A stretch of 63,629 nucleotides of DNA, filler included, from Reclinomonas americana ATCC 50394 (taxonomy: Eukaryota), in NCBI GenBank assembly GCA_048213135.1. It is 7 parts of 5 records of this genome, joined end to end, with 100 filler letters (N's around TTAATTAATTAA, not from the genome) between each part and the next. Parts side by side here need not be neighbours in the genome. Positions count along the whole stretch, not along the records: positions 28,297 to 38,611 come from PS015513.1; positions 38,712 to 54,013 come from PS015513.1; 5 more parts are not named here. One strand, given 5' to 3'. Below are positions 37,301 through 48,786 of this stretch, piece by piece. The translations under genes and the position numbers were made by a program. Numbering within the stretch: the first letter of the stretch is position 1; every line of letters starts with the position of its first letter. The notes below the pieces were generated by a model. That model saw only the letters and a program-made list of their open reading frames with translations. It was not told the DNA's origin and did not search any database.

Positions 37301-38610
37301 CGCAATGGCCACTCCCGCTGACGCGCCGGCAGCGGCGGCCGCCTCTCGAGCGCGGACTCGTTCGGCCCACGCATTCAGCCGGTCCTTGGGCGAGTCACCC
37401 GCGTGTACCGGCGACGACGAGGGCACACGTGCCGGCAACTCCTCCTGCGACGCGTTGTCAGTACACGAACTTGACAGACAGAGTACACGACGAAACATCT
37501 CCAGTCGGCGATGCAGCGTCCTCGGGCTCAGAAGAAGCAATAATGGTGGGCTTCGCCGACGACTGAGCCATGGACGACTCAGCAACGGCAGGCAGTGGCT
37601 TTTCGCGCACATTCTGCGCCCACTTGCTGCGAGCAGCCGGCGGTCGATCACCCTCCACCACTGGCGACGAGTTGGAGACAATGTTGACTACTGCAATGTC
37701 AAGCAGCAGCGTCAGTCAGTCAGTCGCCAGTAGACCTCTCTCCACGCACCGCAGTGGCCCTCACCGTTGCCGGAAGCATCGGTCGATGTGGTCACAGAGC
37801 CGGCCGCAGAGCCGCCGTCTGCATCAAACTGCGCACCGATTGCGTACGGTGAGACTGACGTGTGCACACACATGGTGTCACAACTGCCACAACCACACCT
37901 GTGCGCGAGCCCACGCCGGCAGCGCATCTTTGGCAAAGTGATAAGACAACCGGTCATCCCTCTCCACTGGCAGTTCGACGAGATGCGAGTCAGCTGCTGC
38001 AGTGCCAGTTGGTGCCGGCTGCCCGCCCACTTGCGTCGATTGCAACAGCATCCCCTGCAAACTAGGATGATGTGTGTGAGTGCGCAGCACCAGCAAGAGA
38101 CATGCACCGCACCGCAAAACTCAACTGCTCCAACTGCTGTGCGTATTCCTTGCTGCCCTGCGGTCCCTGCCTCAGGTCGGCACGTGGTGGACTCACACTC
38201 GTGCCTCGCGAAGGGGCATCCATGACGGACGCTGACATGACATTCGGCAGCACCACGGCTGCTCGGCAGATGAATCGTGTCAAGTGAGAAAGAACTGGTG
38301 CACACTGCCTATCTCACACACACACACACACACACAAACTACGCAACGAGCAGCTCCTCGATTCCACTTGCCACGCTGCTGCGGTGGCGTGGGACCTTCA
38401 TCAGCTGCAGCAACGCCAGTGGGCGACGAGCTCTCCTCCGCCTCTTCAGCGTCCTCCAGAACGGCAGCACCCGTCGGCGGTCGCTGGCCAGCACTACTGA
38501 TACGTCCACCAGCGGCAGGTGCACGTGGAAGCGACGGTGGAATGCCTGCCGGCGCTTGTTGCTTCATCTGTGCACGATGCAGCAGCACCGAGGCACGCAC
38601 ACCCTTCATG
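34351..38610 (-). CDS. 3' part of a large low-complexity protein, possibly MAPKBP1/WDR62-like
   Basis: Terminal helices CRAAVGNLRESFSRVASLF...SALQDMHQRI...LDLLADRLLQVISHKL resemble, from memory, the MAPKBP1/WDR62 C-terminal helical region. No WD40 part is visible and the exon model is incomplete. Confidence 0.45.
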
Positions 38611-38711
38611 GNNNNNNNNNNNNNNNNNNNNNNNNNNNNNNNNNNNNNNNNNNNNTTAATTAATTAANNNNNNNNNNNNNNNNNNNNNNNNNNNNNNNNN
38701 NNNNNNNNNNN

Positions 38712-39534
38712 AGCGTGAACGCATGGAAGGAAAAGGAAGTGAAGATCCAACGACAGCCATGCACGCAACCATTCAGCTCGCACGCGCGCTCTTTCCACTT
38801 TCTCGACAGCGAGAACACGGCGTGGAGTACGCGTGCGGCTTCCTTCTTGTCGCGCTGCGGGGTGGTTCGGCATGAGGCAAAGCGGAAGGAGGGAGGGACG
38901 AGGATAAAGACCGACCTCTTCTCCGAGATCAGGCGGCAGCTCGAGGATCGACAGCAGAATGTCGATGCCGTCCTGCTCTACAAACTCCTCCATGAACTCA
39001 ACCAGAGGGCTGCCCGAGCACAGAAACACCTCCAGAGCACGCAGAATCCAGTAGAGGGCGCCCGTCTCCGATCTGGATCATCGCGGAAATTGATGATGAG
39101 ACGACGCTCACTCTGTCTGTCTCTCAATAACACGCACGCAACGTGGCGCGCAGGGTGGCCACCAAACGCATGAGGAACAGGTTACTGGCGTTGCCCAGCA
39201 CGCTCTGTAGCTCGGCACCCGTGTGTCCCTGATAGTCGTGCACGAAATCCTTGACCACTTGGATTCTCTCCGCTTTGGTGCCCTGCCTCACACCCACCAC
39301 TGTGAGCAAAAGAAGACACACCCCCGCACACACACCATCCTCTACGCGCACCCGATCCCATCGCTTGACCAGCGTCTGCACCACCGCCTGATTCCGTTGT
39401 GGATTGAACTTGGCCGCCGCCGTGCCCGCCTGCATCGCATCCATGCGCGACGGAGACGTGTTTCGCGCCCCCGGAGATCGACGCACAAAGCGCCGCATCA
39501 ACTCCTCCGTGTGCGACGCATCCGACGCCTCCAT
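38712..39534 (-). CDS. ARMH1: Armadillo-like helical domain-containing protein 1 homolog (5' part)
   Basis: KRWDR|GTKAERIQVVKDFVHDYQGHTGAELQSVLGNASNLFLMRLVATLRAT|...LEVFL...FMEEFVEQDGIDILLSIL parallels the recalled ARMH1 pattern (WD...TAPELE..F..GASLFL.RL...LR.T...FL.EF.E.GG..TLL.I). Confidence 0.75.
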
Positions 39535-39698
39535 ACTCCCACCACCACAAAAAAACGAAACCGACGACCGGACTGCGTTACAGCAACGTCTACAGCTCAC
39601 AGACACACATGTTGCGCGCGTGCGTCCATCGCCTGTTCTCCACTGGCAGTCGCGCCAATGCCGCTGCTGTGCGCACACACCGCGAGCTGCACGCGCAG

Positions 39699-40449
39699 AT
39701 GAGCAATGCAGAGTGGAGGAGCACGCACGGGCACAGTGAGGCTGTGCGAGTGGCGGTGTTCCATGGTGTGTTGCCCGAGTCAGCAGCGTTCCCCAAGCAG
39801 GCGGCGAACGACAAGAGAGCGGCGGTGCAAGTAGAAGAAGAGGACGAGGAGGAGGAGGCTGGAGAGGAGACTGCACTGTCGTTGACGTGCAACTTGCGTG
39901 TGCAGTGGGCGGCCAGTGGCGCAGAGGCGCACATGGGCAACGTGCTCAAGCCTGCGCAGGTGCGTGTGTGTGTGAGAGAGAGAGAGAGCGTGTGTGTGTG
40001 TGCGTGTGCATGTGATTCACATTGATTGCATGCATGCATGTATGTGCAGGTCACGAAGCAGCCGCAGGTCTCGTTCCCCGGCGACGGCATTCCCTCTGAT
40101 ACGCTCTTTTCGCTCATTCTGACGGACCCTGGTGTGTGTCGCTGTGTCTCACTATGTGTGATGAGGGATGCGTGCATTGATGTGTGCGATGCATGCAGAT
40201 GCGCCGGCGCGTGAGAACCCCATCTATGGCGAGTGGCTGCACTGGATGGTTGTCAACATTCCTGGCAACGAGGTTGCACGAGGCGATACAGTGGTGCAGT
40301 ACATTCCGTCGGCGCCACCAAAGAACAGCGGTCGGTGATCGCGCTGTGCATTTATTGCTACTGCTGCTGCTGAATGTGGTGGTTGTGGTACAGGCCTGCA
40401 TCGATACGTGTTCCTGCTGGCCAAGCAAACCAACGGGCGCATCGACCCC
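39699..40449 (+). CDS. PEBP/RKIP-family protein (3' end in gap); upstream in-frame ATG at 39609 possible
   Basis: Spliced GNVLKPAQ|VTKQPQV...LILTDP|DAPARENP..GEWLHWMVVNIPG...YIPSAPPKNSG|LHRYVFLL contains the DPDAP and GxHRY signatures. Confidence 0.93.
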
Positions 40450-41090
40450 NNNNNNNNNNNNNNNNNNNNNNNNNNNNNNNNNNNNNNNNNNNNNNNNNNN
40501 NNNNNNNNNNNNNNNNNNNNNNNNNNNNNNNNNNNNNNNNNNNNNNNNNNNNNNNNNNNNNNNNNNNNNNNNNNNNNNNNNNNNNNNNNNNNNNNNNNNN
40601 NNNNNNNNNNNNNNNNNNNNNNNNNNNNNNNNNNNNNNNNNNNNNNNNNNNNNNNNNNNNNNNNNNNNNNNNNNNNNNNNNNNNNNNNNNNNNNNNNNNN
40701 NNNNNNNNNNNNNNNNNNNNNNNNNNNNNNNNNNNNNNNNNNNNNNNNNNNNNNNNNNNNNNNNNNNNNNNNNNNNNNNNNNNNNNNNNNNNNNNNNNNN
40801 NNNNNNNNNNNNNNNNNNNNNNNNNNNNNNNNNNNNNNNNNNNNNNNNNNNNNNNNNNNNNNNNNNNNNNNNNNNNNNNNNNNNNNNNNNNNNNNNNNNN
40901 NNNNNNNNNNNNNNNNNNNNNNNNNNNNNNNNNNNNNNNNNNNNNNNNNNNNNNNNNNNNNNNNNNNNNNNNNNNNNNNNNNNNNNNNNNNNNNNNNNNN
41001 NNNNNNNNNNNNNNNNNNNNNNNNNNNNNNNNNNNNNNNNNNNNNNNNNNNNNNNNNNNNNNNNNNNCTACTACAACTAGGTGGTCGCGC

Positions 41091-41127
<37 letters not shown>

Positions 41128-41354
41128 ACTCACACACACACTCTCTCTCATATTCGCTCGCTCCCTCTGCCTCCCTCTTCTTTCAATTTTCTTTCGCACA
41201 CTGCTCTGCCTCTCATTCTCTCTCTCTCTGTCTTGCCTCACTGACTGTCTCTGTCTCTGTGCATGTGCAGATGTTGCGGCTTAGGAGCGCGCGTGTCTCT
41301 CTCCCATTCGCGTATGCATATGCTCACATCACATCTGTGCAACTTGTATTATAG

Positions 41355-42562
41355 TTCCGAGCAGTGGAGCATGGCGTTCTGCACCTGCGCAACCCGGCTG
41401 TTGTTAAGCGCGACATGGACCGGTTGAACACACTGTTGCGTCATGCGTGTGTGTGTGTGTGTATGTGCACAAGTCTCTCTTTGATTGGACTCAAATGTGC
41501 CGGACAGTGTGCGGAGACGGAACACGATCACGTTGCCGCTGGTGGACGTGTTTGCAGCGGAGGATGTGTCTGGAGTGCGTCTACACACACACCCTTGCAC
41601 ACACTCCCTCCCTCCTCTCTCTCTCTCTCTCTCTCACTCGCTTCCTCCCTCTCTTCACAGGTCAACTACTCGGAGCGATTCTATTACTTGTCAGTCAGCT
41701 GCAACCCCTTTTTTGAGCAGCGCTCGTTTGAGGAGCTGCGGATGGCCGACTTGGTGGCGGTCGGTCAGCTGCCTGTGCATAGTTGCGCGACCATTGCTGC
41801 AGTGTGCATGTTCCTCTCAGTGTGAGTCACTGCGCTCCATGCATGCTATGCAGTGTTGCCACCGGAGCCGTCGCAGAGTCCGGCAGTGAGGCATAGTGCG
41901 TGAGCGATGCCCTTCTATCGCCTTTGCAATTCTGTTGTCTGACTGACTCGTGTGCTGCGCAGTCGCCGAATGCCGGTTCGTTGCTGCTCTGTCTCCTGCA
42001 TCGCTGGGGTGCTTGGTCGACTGACACTGTTGCAGGTTGGCCGTGACCGACGCCGAACGAGCGCGACAGTACAGTGGTCTGCTGGCCACGCTCGCCGAGA
42101 ACGGCGACGATCGTCCGGCCGACGAGCTGCGCTGCCTGGCCGATGCGGTGGATGCGTTGGCCGCCAGTGCCTTGACCGCGGTGCGTGCGGTGCATGCGCT
42201 GGGGGCGGAGATGGTCCAGGTGCCGGAGCAACCGGAAGGCGCCGGCTTTCCGCGCGCCGTTCGACTGGAGGTGAAGCCGGAGGAGGAGGGCGAGGCGATG
42301 GTCGAGAAGAAGCCGGTACGTCGTTGCCAGGAGGTGTTGTTGTATCGGCGACAACTAATACACGCGCCACGCAGGAACGTGAAGTCGAGAAATCCTCCGC
42401 GGTCGGTGCCGGCGTCTCGTTTTTGGTTCGTCTGCAGTCTTCTTCTTCTCCTCGCTTCGTTGCTCGGCTCTCACTGGCATCCACCAGAGCAAGCTTCTCC
42501 CGCGGCTTCATGGACTGCTCAAATCTGAGAAAGCGCCAGAGCCCGCGTCTGCGCCCATATGA
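41355..42562 (+). CDS. Hypothetical multi-exon protein with a GLEBS-like motif; 5' end unclear (may continue the PEBP gene)
   Basis: Phase-compatible exons DRLNT|LVRRRNTITLPLVDV..|VNYSERFYYLSVSCNPFFEQRSFEELRMADLVA|LAVTDAERARQY...|SKLLPRLHG...SAPI*. Confidence 0.55.
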
Positions 42563-42650
42563 GAGAGTGTACACAGAAAAATACGAACACGGAAGAGTCC
42601 CACGTCCTTCCGTCGTTCCTTCTTCTCGTGAAAACCAACAACAAGAGCGA

Positions 42651-44371
42651 ATGCTCGTGGGTCGCGTACTCCTCCCGCGACTGACCGCACTCGCCTCTCA
42701 CGCACTCGCACCTCATCCTCGACACAGCGCACTCGCACAATCGGCTTCTCCCTCATTGCTCGTCTTCTTCTCCTCCTCTTCATCATCATCGCTGGTGACT
42801 TCGCGATGCGCACCAGCCGAGTGGAAAGCCGAGAACATGCACAAGCAGCAAGATCGATTGCAAGCTCGCATTCAGCAGGCCGACGAGTTGGAGTGGTTTC
42901 GCACAATGGTGCCCACGCATCCACCACCTCTCTCCGGTGTGTGCACAGTCAGTCTTCGTGCGTCTGTGTTGGCGTCACTTGCTCACCTCTCACACAGAGG
43001 ATGCGTGCAACACGGGTGCGACTGTGGGATTTCCCGATGGATTGCCTGTGGAGAGTGTGCTCGAGTGTCTGATTCAGCGCGGCACTGTCGATCGATCGTC
43101 GGCGACCAGGGCCATGGTTTGTGGAAGTACCGCGCTCTCATGTACGTATCGCGCGCGTTCTCATCACTGTCGCTGGGACGCAGGTGGCACTGGAGCAGCA
43201 GCTGGTGTACACGTGCGGGCAGTGGCGACAGCTGACGGCCACCGATCTGCACGGCTTTCCGGCGGGTCTGCGCATTGCGTTGGACCAGGCGTTGCAGCGA
43301 CCGCACGCTGCCGATGCCACTGGTCAGTGGCGAGGAGCGCATGGAATCAGTCTGTGTGCTTGTTGACTGACTGTCGACGATCGCAGCGATGATTGGTTTG
43401 TTTCGCGAGGCCATGGTGACGGGCGATGCGGGTGCTGAGGAGGCCAAGCCGGAGCCGACTGCGTGGTTCCGCTGGTTGATGTTGGGTGCGGCTGCGGCCG
43501 TGGCGACCTCCATGGCTCTCCACGTGTCGCGGGTGATGCAGGAGCGACGAGCGGCCGATCCACCGGCGCCACCACCGACGTGGAACGATCTCGTGCCGGG
43601 TTGGTTGATGGGGTACGCCGTTGGCGATGAGCACGAGTCGTTGCGACGAGTGGTGGTACGTTTGGGGCTACTGAGGATAGACAGTGACATGCCCATATGA
43701 GCTGACTCGGTGGATCCTCCACACACACAGTTGACAACTCTCGGTTCGGTGCTGGTGGTGGTGTGCGCCATGCGCTACGATCGACGGATACCGACGCCGC
43801 GCGTTCCTCTGCGCGAATTCGACGGCTTCGCACCGCTCTCGTGGCGGGAACGATTCCAGGCCCTCGTCACCTTTCTCAGTTTCGGCACCGTGTTTGGTTT
43901 CATCGACAATGCCGGCCTCATTGTCGGCATGGACTGCATCGAGGAGACCGTCGACAAGTACATTATCAAAGACAACATGGTGAGCGGGGAGAGCGAGACT
44001 GCATTCGCCATTCTCTCTCGAATGCTGAGCGGGGGCGGTGCGCACAGGTGGTCGCCGGCATCGGCAACGCGTACTCGGACGTGCTCGGTGCCTTCCTCGG
44101 CGCCTACATTGGCAGCATGATCATGAAGAGAACACTGTGGAATGCAGGTACGTGTATGAACGCATACACCACGCTTCCTTTCTGTCTGCCCTCACCTACA
44201 CTCGCTCGCTCAGGCTCCGCACCACTGTGGATGCAAGCGTGGGGCGTCGGCATCGGCTGCATGATCCCCGTGCTAGCTCGTATCGCATACGTCAAGTACT
44301 GGCCGGCATGCACCCCTTCGCCTGCTTCAGAAGCGGCACCAACAGCTGCAGCACCATCATCTTCCGCGTGA
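42651..44371 (+). CDS. TMEM65: TMEM65-family membrane protein with a long N-terminal extension
   Basis: FGFIDNAGLIVG...AGIGNAYSDVLGAFLG...WGVGIGCMIP matches TMEM65 motifs (FGFLDN, LGNxxSD, GxxIGC); ~8 exons. Confidence 0.7.
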
Positions 44372-44418
44372 GGAAGAAACTAATAAACAGATCGTCCTGT
44401 CCCAGCAGTCACTTTGCA

Positions 44419-44829
44419 ATGTCCAGTCGAGCAGCGTATGCTGCTGTGGATCTTCCTGTGCGACACCTCTACCGTCGCATCTTGCGTGCTGCCTCGGTGT
44501 TCCCCTCGTCAAAGCGAACGCAGATCATCGAGGTCGGTGATGATGTTGCCAGTGTCTCTCTCACCCCTCTCTCTCTGTGCGTGTGCTCATGTGTGCCTTG
44601 GCGATGCGCAGGAGATACGAATAGGTGTGTGTGCGTTGATCGTGTGTGTGCGTGCGCATGCATTCACTGATGACTCCTTGTCGCAGAATTCCGCAACAAT
44701 CGGAGTGTGCGAGACGCCGATCAGCTGAAGCGACTGCTGGCCGACGCACGAGAGGGTCTTCAGCGACTGGAGGCCTACGCCCCGCTTCAGTCAAGCAGTC
44801 CTGAGTGGGAGATTGACTATGGCAAGTGA
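44419..44829 (+). CDS. LYR-motif mitochondrial protein; exons 44419-44532, 44612-44624, 44687-44829
   Basis: VRHLYRRILRAASVFPS...IIE|EIRI|EFRNNR...AREGLQRL: LYR tripeptide plus downstream EFR motif. Confidence 0.9.
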
Positions 44830-44865
44830 AACCACTTGGACCCTTCATTGTATGTAAGTGTGCTA

Positions 44866-47800
44866 TCATAGACGACTACTGCCGCGACTCAGTGCACTCA
44901 GATTGGATCCGCGGCGGGCGCCCCATTGTGTCGAGGGAACGGGCGATGGAGCAGGCTCCTCTTGCTCCAACATCATCTGGTGCACCGATGTGAGCAGAAA
45001 CAGCAGAGACAAAACATCTGCGAATGGAGAGGGGGGGACGCACATCGGAGCTGAGGCCGAGCTCGGCACGCAGTCGGGCGAGTGGTGAGCCTGCGCTGCT
45101 GACACGGGATTCGGTGGGTGAGCGGTGCGTGCCGCTGGTTGCCGTGGCAGGTGTCTTGGCGTCCAGGCTGCTGCCGCTCGGTGACATTTGTCGGCGGTCT
45201 CCGCGGCCGCGACTGGTGGGGGAGGTGGGGCTGCGCGTAGTGGGCGTGCGCGGCTGCACCGCCGTCTTGAGATCGTCGCCAATGCACTCGAGGAACAGGC
45301 TCTTCTTGGGCAGTGACGAGAACAGGCGCGACGTGGTGTGGCTCAGCGGCGCCACATGCGGTATCATGCCTTGCGAGGCGGCGCGTGACAGGGCACTCGG
45401 TGACGACGGGTTGCTGAGGGCCGCCGGGAGCTCAGCCGGATCGGCACCCAGCAACATTAGTTCGTGCCGCAACTCGCTCTCGAGCCGCTCGCGTTCGTGC
45501 TTGATGCGTGTGTAGTGCTACGCAAGTCGTCACGAGTGAGAAACAAAGAAGGATTTTTCACGAACTACGGTGCCACCGCACACACCTCGCGTTCTCGCAC
45601 ACGAATCTGCTCCTCGATCACCTCCTCGGTGCGGCGTGTGTAGGGGAAGTGTCGTTTCGGCTGCGACTGCGTCACCATGAACTGCTCGCGGCGCACCTGC
45701 ACCGCCGGCGAGACCACCAGCGGACCCGACGTGCGCAGCTTTGTGCTGCCGGAGCTTGAGGTGGGTCGGAATGGTGGTGGTGACGGCGGCGGTCGGCTGC
45801 CCTGCGAGGATGGAGAGCGACCAGCTGAGCCACGGCGGGCCTCGCGGCTTCGCGGCGCCGGCGGGAGACTCGATGAGCCGTGTGTACGCGACACACCGGC
45901 ACTCTCGTCACCGTGAGTCGACTGCGAGTGCGGAGTGGTCAGCGACCTGTGCACGGAATGATGAAGAAGAGAGAATGCGATACGCACATCACTGATGTTG
46001 AGCCTGGAGCGGTTGCCGACCGACGACCGTGGTCGGCCGATCGAGGGCGTAATCATGGAGAGCTGCACGACAACGGTGAGTAAGAGAGAGCGAAATGAAA
46101 AATCTTCTCCTTCGAAGTACCTCGTTGAGGAGTTCTTCGTTTCGTGTAATCACGGTGGCCTCGCCTCCTGGCGACACACTTCGCAGGCGCTGTCGTGCAT
46201 TGGGGTCGCGTGTCTTGGCGGTCTTGATCATGAGTGCGCGGTACAGTTTGGCACGCAGCTCGGGACCAAGAGCGTTGGCCAGATCGGCTGCATGCACATC
46301 AAACGTGCCTGGGAAACACTGCGTGAGATGATGCCGAGGTCAGGGAATACGCTTGCACGTCTCACTCACCTCTGCGCAGAGCCGAGCGCGACTCGGAGCT
46401 GATGGGCTCGCTCAGGACGTACTTGACCAGGTGACTACGGGAAAAAGAAAATAAGAGTGTGAGTACGGCAGCCGCGGCAATGTTCGTGAACGCTGCGAGC
46501 ACACCTCGTGTCGTGCACAAACTGCGACAGGTGGCCACCGGCACCGGCCCGCGTATCGTGCATGCGGCTGCGCTCGGTCCGCCGAATAATCTCGAGCGAC
46601 GACTCGAAGGCCGCCAAACGCGACAGCAGATCTCGCGGGTCGAACAGGGCAGAGAACAGGCGGTTCACACGAGCCATGTTGGGTGCAAACGCCTCGGTCT
46701 GCGCCCACTGGGGGAAGGCTTTCTTGAAGACCTCCTGCAAAACGAATGACAAGCCGATGTCAGCGGTCAGCCAGTTGCTCCTCCTCCTCTCCTCCACGCC
46801 CGCTCACCTCGATGCACACACGCATCGCCAACAGCATCACGGGAATGCGGAACGACATGTCAAACTTGGTTGCCGAGGCGTACAGCAGGTCGAGAGTGAA
46901 TTCGTAGGCCTCCAAGAACTTTTCTCCCTTGGCGGCTCTGCTCACGTCAACAAGTCAGCTGCTGGACACCCCTCGAAAGATTGCACAGCGACACCTACCG
47001 TTGCACGTCGGTCATGGGAGTTGGCGCGATCACCGCATGGTAGAAAAAGTCGACAATCACTAACAGCTCGACAACTGCGGCACTGGAACGTGAGAGAACG
47101 CGGGTGGGGGGAAGAACCAACCCACAGTGTAAACTTCCGAAACTGAAGGCATTCGCGGTGATCTCGGCAATGATGGACTTGGGGCTCTGCGTCGTGTGAA
47201 TCTGTTCAAACGGGAACACGCCGAGGAACACTTTCTGCACTCCGACACACTTGTGTGAGCCATGTGGTGTGCACATACGAGGAACTGTGGTGGAACTGAC
47301 CATAATGTTGATGGCCTCAAAGGTGTCGATCTCCGGCGCCCTCTCCAGCTCCAGTCGAATGCTGGAGGCGTGTTCGTCAAACTTGGACGGGAGCGGGCTG
47401 CTGGAGCGCACGCGCATCAACATGGACGGTGGTGACGACAGGTGTGGCGAGCCGATGGACACGGTGGTGGCCATGTCCACCGACGATGGCGACAGTGACA
47501 CGTTGCTGTTGGAGTAGTGTGAGTAGCAGCAGTGCAGTGAGCAGCAAACACACTGCGTTTTACCTGCCACTGCGCAGCCGCGACATGGTCGGTGACACGC
47601 CCGCCGGCGACTGCGGCACCTCCTCCGGTACCCACCGCTCGTTGGCCGGCGGATCCACAATGCTGTCCGTCACAAACTGCACCGGTCGTGTTTGCGTGAA
47701 CTTGGGCAGCGGCTCTGCCGAGTTATCCACCGGCTGCGACTGCTTGTACGGGTACAGATACTTGTTGCGATACACATCAAACGCCGCAGCTCCGTTGCGA

Positions 47801-48543
47801 CTGATCGGGCGACCCTCCTCGTCCACCTGCTCGTCACCTTCGCCGCTGGCCNNNNNNNNNNNNNNNNNNNNNNNNNNNNNNNNNNNNNNNNNNNNNNNNN
47901 NNNNNNNNNNNNNNNNNNNNNNNNNNNNNNNNNNNNNNNNNNNNNNNNNNNNNNNNNNNNNNNNNNNNNNNNNNNNNNNNNNNNNNNNNNNNNNNNNNNN
48001 NNNNNNNNNNNNNNNNNNNNNNNNNNNNNNNNNNNNNNNNNNNNNNNNNNNNNNNNNNNNNNNNNNNNNNNNNNNNNNNNNNNNNNNNNNNNNNNNNNNN
48101 NNNNNNNNNNNNNNNNNNNNNNNNNNNNNNNNNNNNNNNNNNNNNNNNNNNNNNNNNNNNNNNNNNNNNNNNNNNNNNNNNNNNNNNNNNNNNNNNNNNN
48201 NNNNCATGAGCAAGAAGGAGAGAGATGACTGTGAATGGAAAAGAAGTGATCAGGAGGCACCTTGAGTCGACTCAACACAGGCTCCCACTCAATCACACGA
48301 TTGCGCGGGTTGCTCATGGAGAGCAGTGTTTGCTTGAGGTTGGGCGGCATCGAGTCCAACACACTGCTCGGGGGAATGCTCGTCGCCTGTTTGCTTGTGT
48401 GTGTGAGAGAGACAGTGGAAACGGCTCTGGGTGCCGCACACAGAGAGAGTGGGAGAGGGAGAGGACAACGCAACAGACATGGAGCTCACATCGCCCAGTG
48501 ACACACGCGTGGGTGGCGATGGAGGAGGCACGGGCACGCTCAT
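44866..48543 (-). CDS. Large multi-exon hypothetical protein (central helical domain, S/P/R-rich tails)
   Basis: More than 12 GT-AG exons from MSVPVPPPSPP to ...SRGSSRL*, most junctions checked in phase; central KFLEAYEFTLDLLY...IPVMLLAMRVCIE|EVFKKAFPQW...LFSALFDP. Confidence 0.75.
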
Positions 48544-48786
48544 TGTGATTGATTGCGGTAACGCACTGAGGTGACTCATGTCACATCATATTGCAATAGC
48601 TTGTTCACTTTTTCATGGCGGCCAACAAAGGGCCATACAACAGAGGCAGAGCAGAACAGATAATAATAATAATAAGTAGACAATGAGAAGCGAGAGAGAG
48701 GGATCGTCCATGAGACGAAAAGAGAGAGTAATTGAGTGAAATCAAAACTGTAGGGTTGGTGAGTGGCTCATGGAAATCGCGTGGTT

